In this document: positions 61,991-64,000 of the stretch, piece by piece
How positions within the stretch are numbered: position 1 is the stretch's first letter
How the letters are laid out: each line of letters begins with the position of its first letter
Assembly (NCBI GenBank): GCA_951406725.2
Contig: OX597818.1
Location: 112,468,001-112,532,000, forward strand
Direction of reading: 5' to 3'
Source of the DNA: Octopus vulgaris
Taxonomy: Eukaryota
DNA: 64,000 nt
Made by a program: the position numbers and the translations under genes
Notes under the pieces: generated by a model
What the model was told of the DNA's origin: nothing
Seen by the model: the letters and a program-made list of their open reading frames with translations, nothing else
The model's database searches: none

Positions 61991-64000
61991 AGGAGAATTT
62001 GATATAGATAATATATTAATCGTCTAATATTTATAAAATAAATTTAATTTCATATAAAATATTTGATAATTTACCAATTATCAAATAAAGAACGAAGTTA
62101 ATCCTAAACACTAATCTCCTCACGCGTTCCTTATTTGTGCAAAACATTGTTGCTTGTATTTCCCTTTCTCGTATCTATAACCGCCGAGGAGTCTCCATAC
62201 TTCATACTAATATGAGTAGAAGTGGAAGTTCTGAATCTTGAATAGTCCCATATTGTCCAACCCTCAAGTTTCTATGCAATTTTCCAGCTGCTCAACACAG
62301 CTGGAAATGACCGACCAAACATAACCTTCCTAAAAGCTCGATACATATTAGATATCATTTTATGCTTATGTATGTTATTTACATTTTTTGTTCTATGTAT
62401 TGGGCATATAATGCCTCTATGTTAAAGAAATCCTGTCTCAGACTACGTAATTTCGGATTTAAGGCCACTGCAGAGTAGACTTTGCAAGTGTCATCTGTAA
62501 AACTCTGCTCGCGAGTGAAGTCCAAAAGGCGGAAACATTAAAACATAGTCGTGTGAACTGTCCTATCTTCTACATGGTAGATTTAAACTTCTACATAGAC
62601 GAAGATTATCTCCTTCGCCTTGTTCATCTTTATTGGAGTTCAGTGTGTTACAAGCACACACTTCAGGCCTCCCGTCAGGGGAAAATTTGACATGCAACCT
62701 CCGTAAGTACTCAACTTCAAGAAAACCCATGAGAAAAGATATGTCAAAACTCATTGTAATGGTAAGAATAGACGTCAGTGAATGAAGAATGATACGAGTA
62801 CTCTGGGAAAAGTACTTCATACAAATCCGGGTCCTCCAAACTCATTTGAGTACTTATTTTTTGCTACTTCTCGGACAAGCCGCTTATAATTATCTTGGCT
62901 GTGTGTTTTAAATGGTTCACTAATTGCAATTTTCAGATAAATTTGGGATAGATTATCATTTCCCTGATATGGAATTAAGTTTAATTTATAAACACCGCAT
63001 GATAATTTATTAACTTTAAGATTCGAAAAGGAGGATCTATATGACAGGAAACTATTTAATTGAAGTTTCATAAAAATTGATTGAACAGAAACAGTAATAA
63101 ATACGAAAGTTATTTAATGAATTTCTTGATGTAAAGTAGCAAACTAGACACCATGTCTGGAATTACTGATTCTTCTAGTCAGAACAAGTCAAAGTTTAGG
63201 AAAACGTGATATATCACTTAACAAATAGGGCAACAGAAACTGACCTTCCATTAATTTCGTGTATGTTTGTCATATTTTCGCAGGGGAAAAAAAACTATTG
63301 AAAATATTTCAAGCTACTCATAATACGTGTTCCCTAAAGTGCTATATATCGTCTGAGAGTAGTTCACTGTCGATTTCGCTCCACAAATCTATTTTTCCCT
63401 GTCCTCCCTCTTTCTATTTCTCTGTCTACCCGTTTGCCTCTATGTTTGTTTCTCTTTTCCGTTTTTCGCACGCACACACAAACACACATATATACACACA
63501 CATATACATATATGTGTGTATGTGCGTGTGTATTTAAGTACGTAAACAAAGAAACCTTTTAATATATAACAATTTGCTGCTTGTCATTCAAATATTTTCT
63601 ATAGAAGACACACACGTGAAGCATACTTATGAGGGAGAGTAAAAAAGTAATTGCTTTAATAATTGATTATCTGTTTTCGCAGTGTGTATACATCTTTATT
63701 GGTTGAATATCAGTTTCAATACCATGACTGATATTGTTTGCTGGCGCTTGGTTTCGTAGTTTTTCTTACATTAACTTATGATTATATATCTTGACAAGTT
63801 CACAACTATATTTTAACCCTCCAACGAAGATAAACATTACGCAAGAAAACAAAACAAAACACAGCAAAACTCATTGGGCCGATGTAAACCTCTGTATATT
63901 GAAAGCGGCTCCTCAGAGATCTTAGGTTGTAGAACGTTTTTACTACAACGTGTCTATAATTGTATGGAGGGGAAAACAGCATTGATTCCAGCATTGATAA

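Noticed and set aside
1317-63549. Dozens of ORFs rich in YI/IY/HT/CV repeats
   Set aside because: They are translations of stop-free (TA)n, (CA)n and (TG)n microsatellites, often running into SINE sequence; not proteins.

Overview
AT-rich, microsatellite-dense eukaryotic intergenic or intronic DNA. The SINE families and (TA)n/(CA)n load look like a coleoid cephalopod, probably Octopus; this is recognition from memory, not a search. I cannot support any intact host gene, and almost all ORF-track entries are simple-repeat or SINE artefacts. The real coding remnants are all retroelements: one near-full-length but disrupted RTE-clade LINE (11797-14983, -), two 5'-truncated HERO-like RLE non-LTR elements (30573-32069 and 58890-60742, -), and old R4/Dong-like, RTE-like and CR1-like fragments. 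There are more than 20 tRNA-derived SINE copies in three groups with shuffled heads and tails, one non-autonomous Helitron and one TA-flanked MITE. The most interesting signal is a set of short non-coding modules, mostly next to (TA)n tracts, that carry minimal type-I hammerhead ribozyme motifs and/or form long fold-back palindromes. There are about 11 such motifs from several sequence families; the best are 23612-23649 (-), 9815-9851 (+) and the inverted pair at 49964/50497. They are consistent with Penelope-like pseudo-LTR or retrozyme derivatives. Other notable items are a conserved pseudoknot in the HERO 3'UTR, a SINE whose tail matches the neighbouring RTE 3' end, a 22-bp minisatellite built from a SINE 5' end, and a templated repair insertion.
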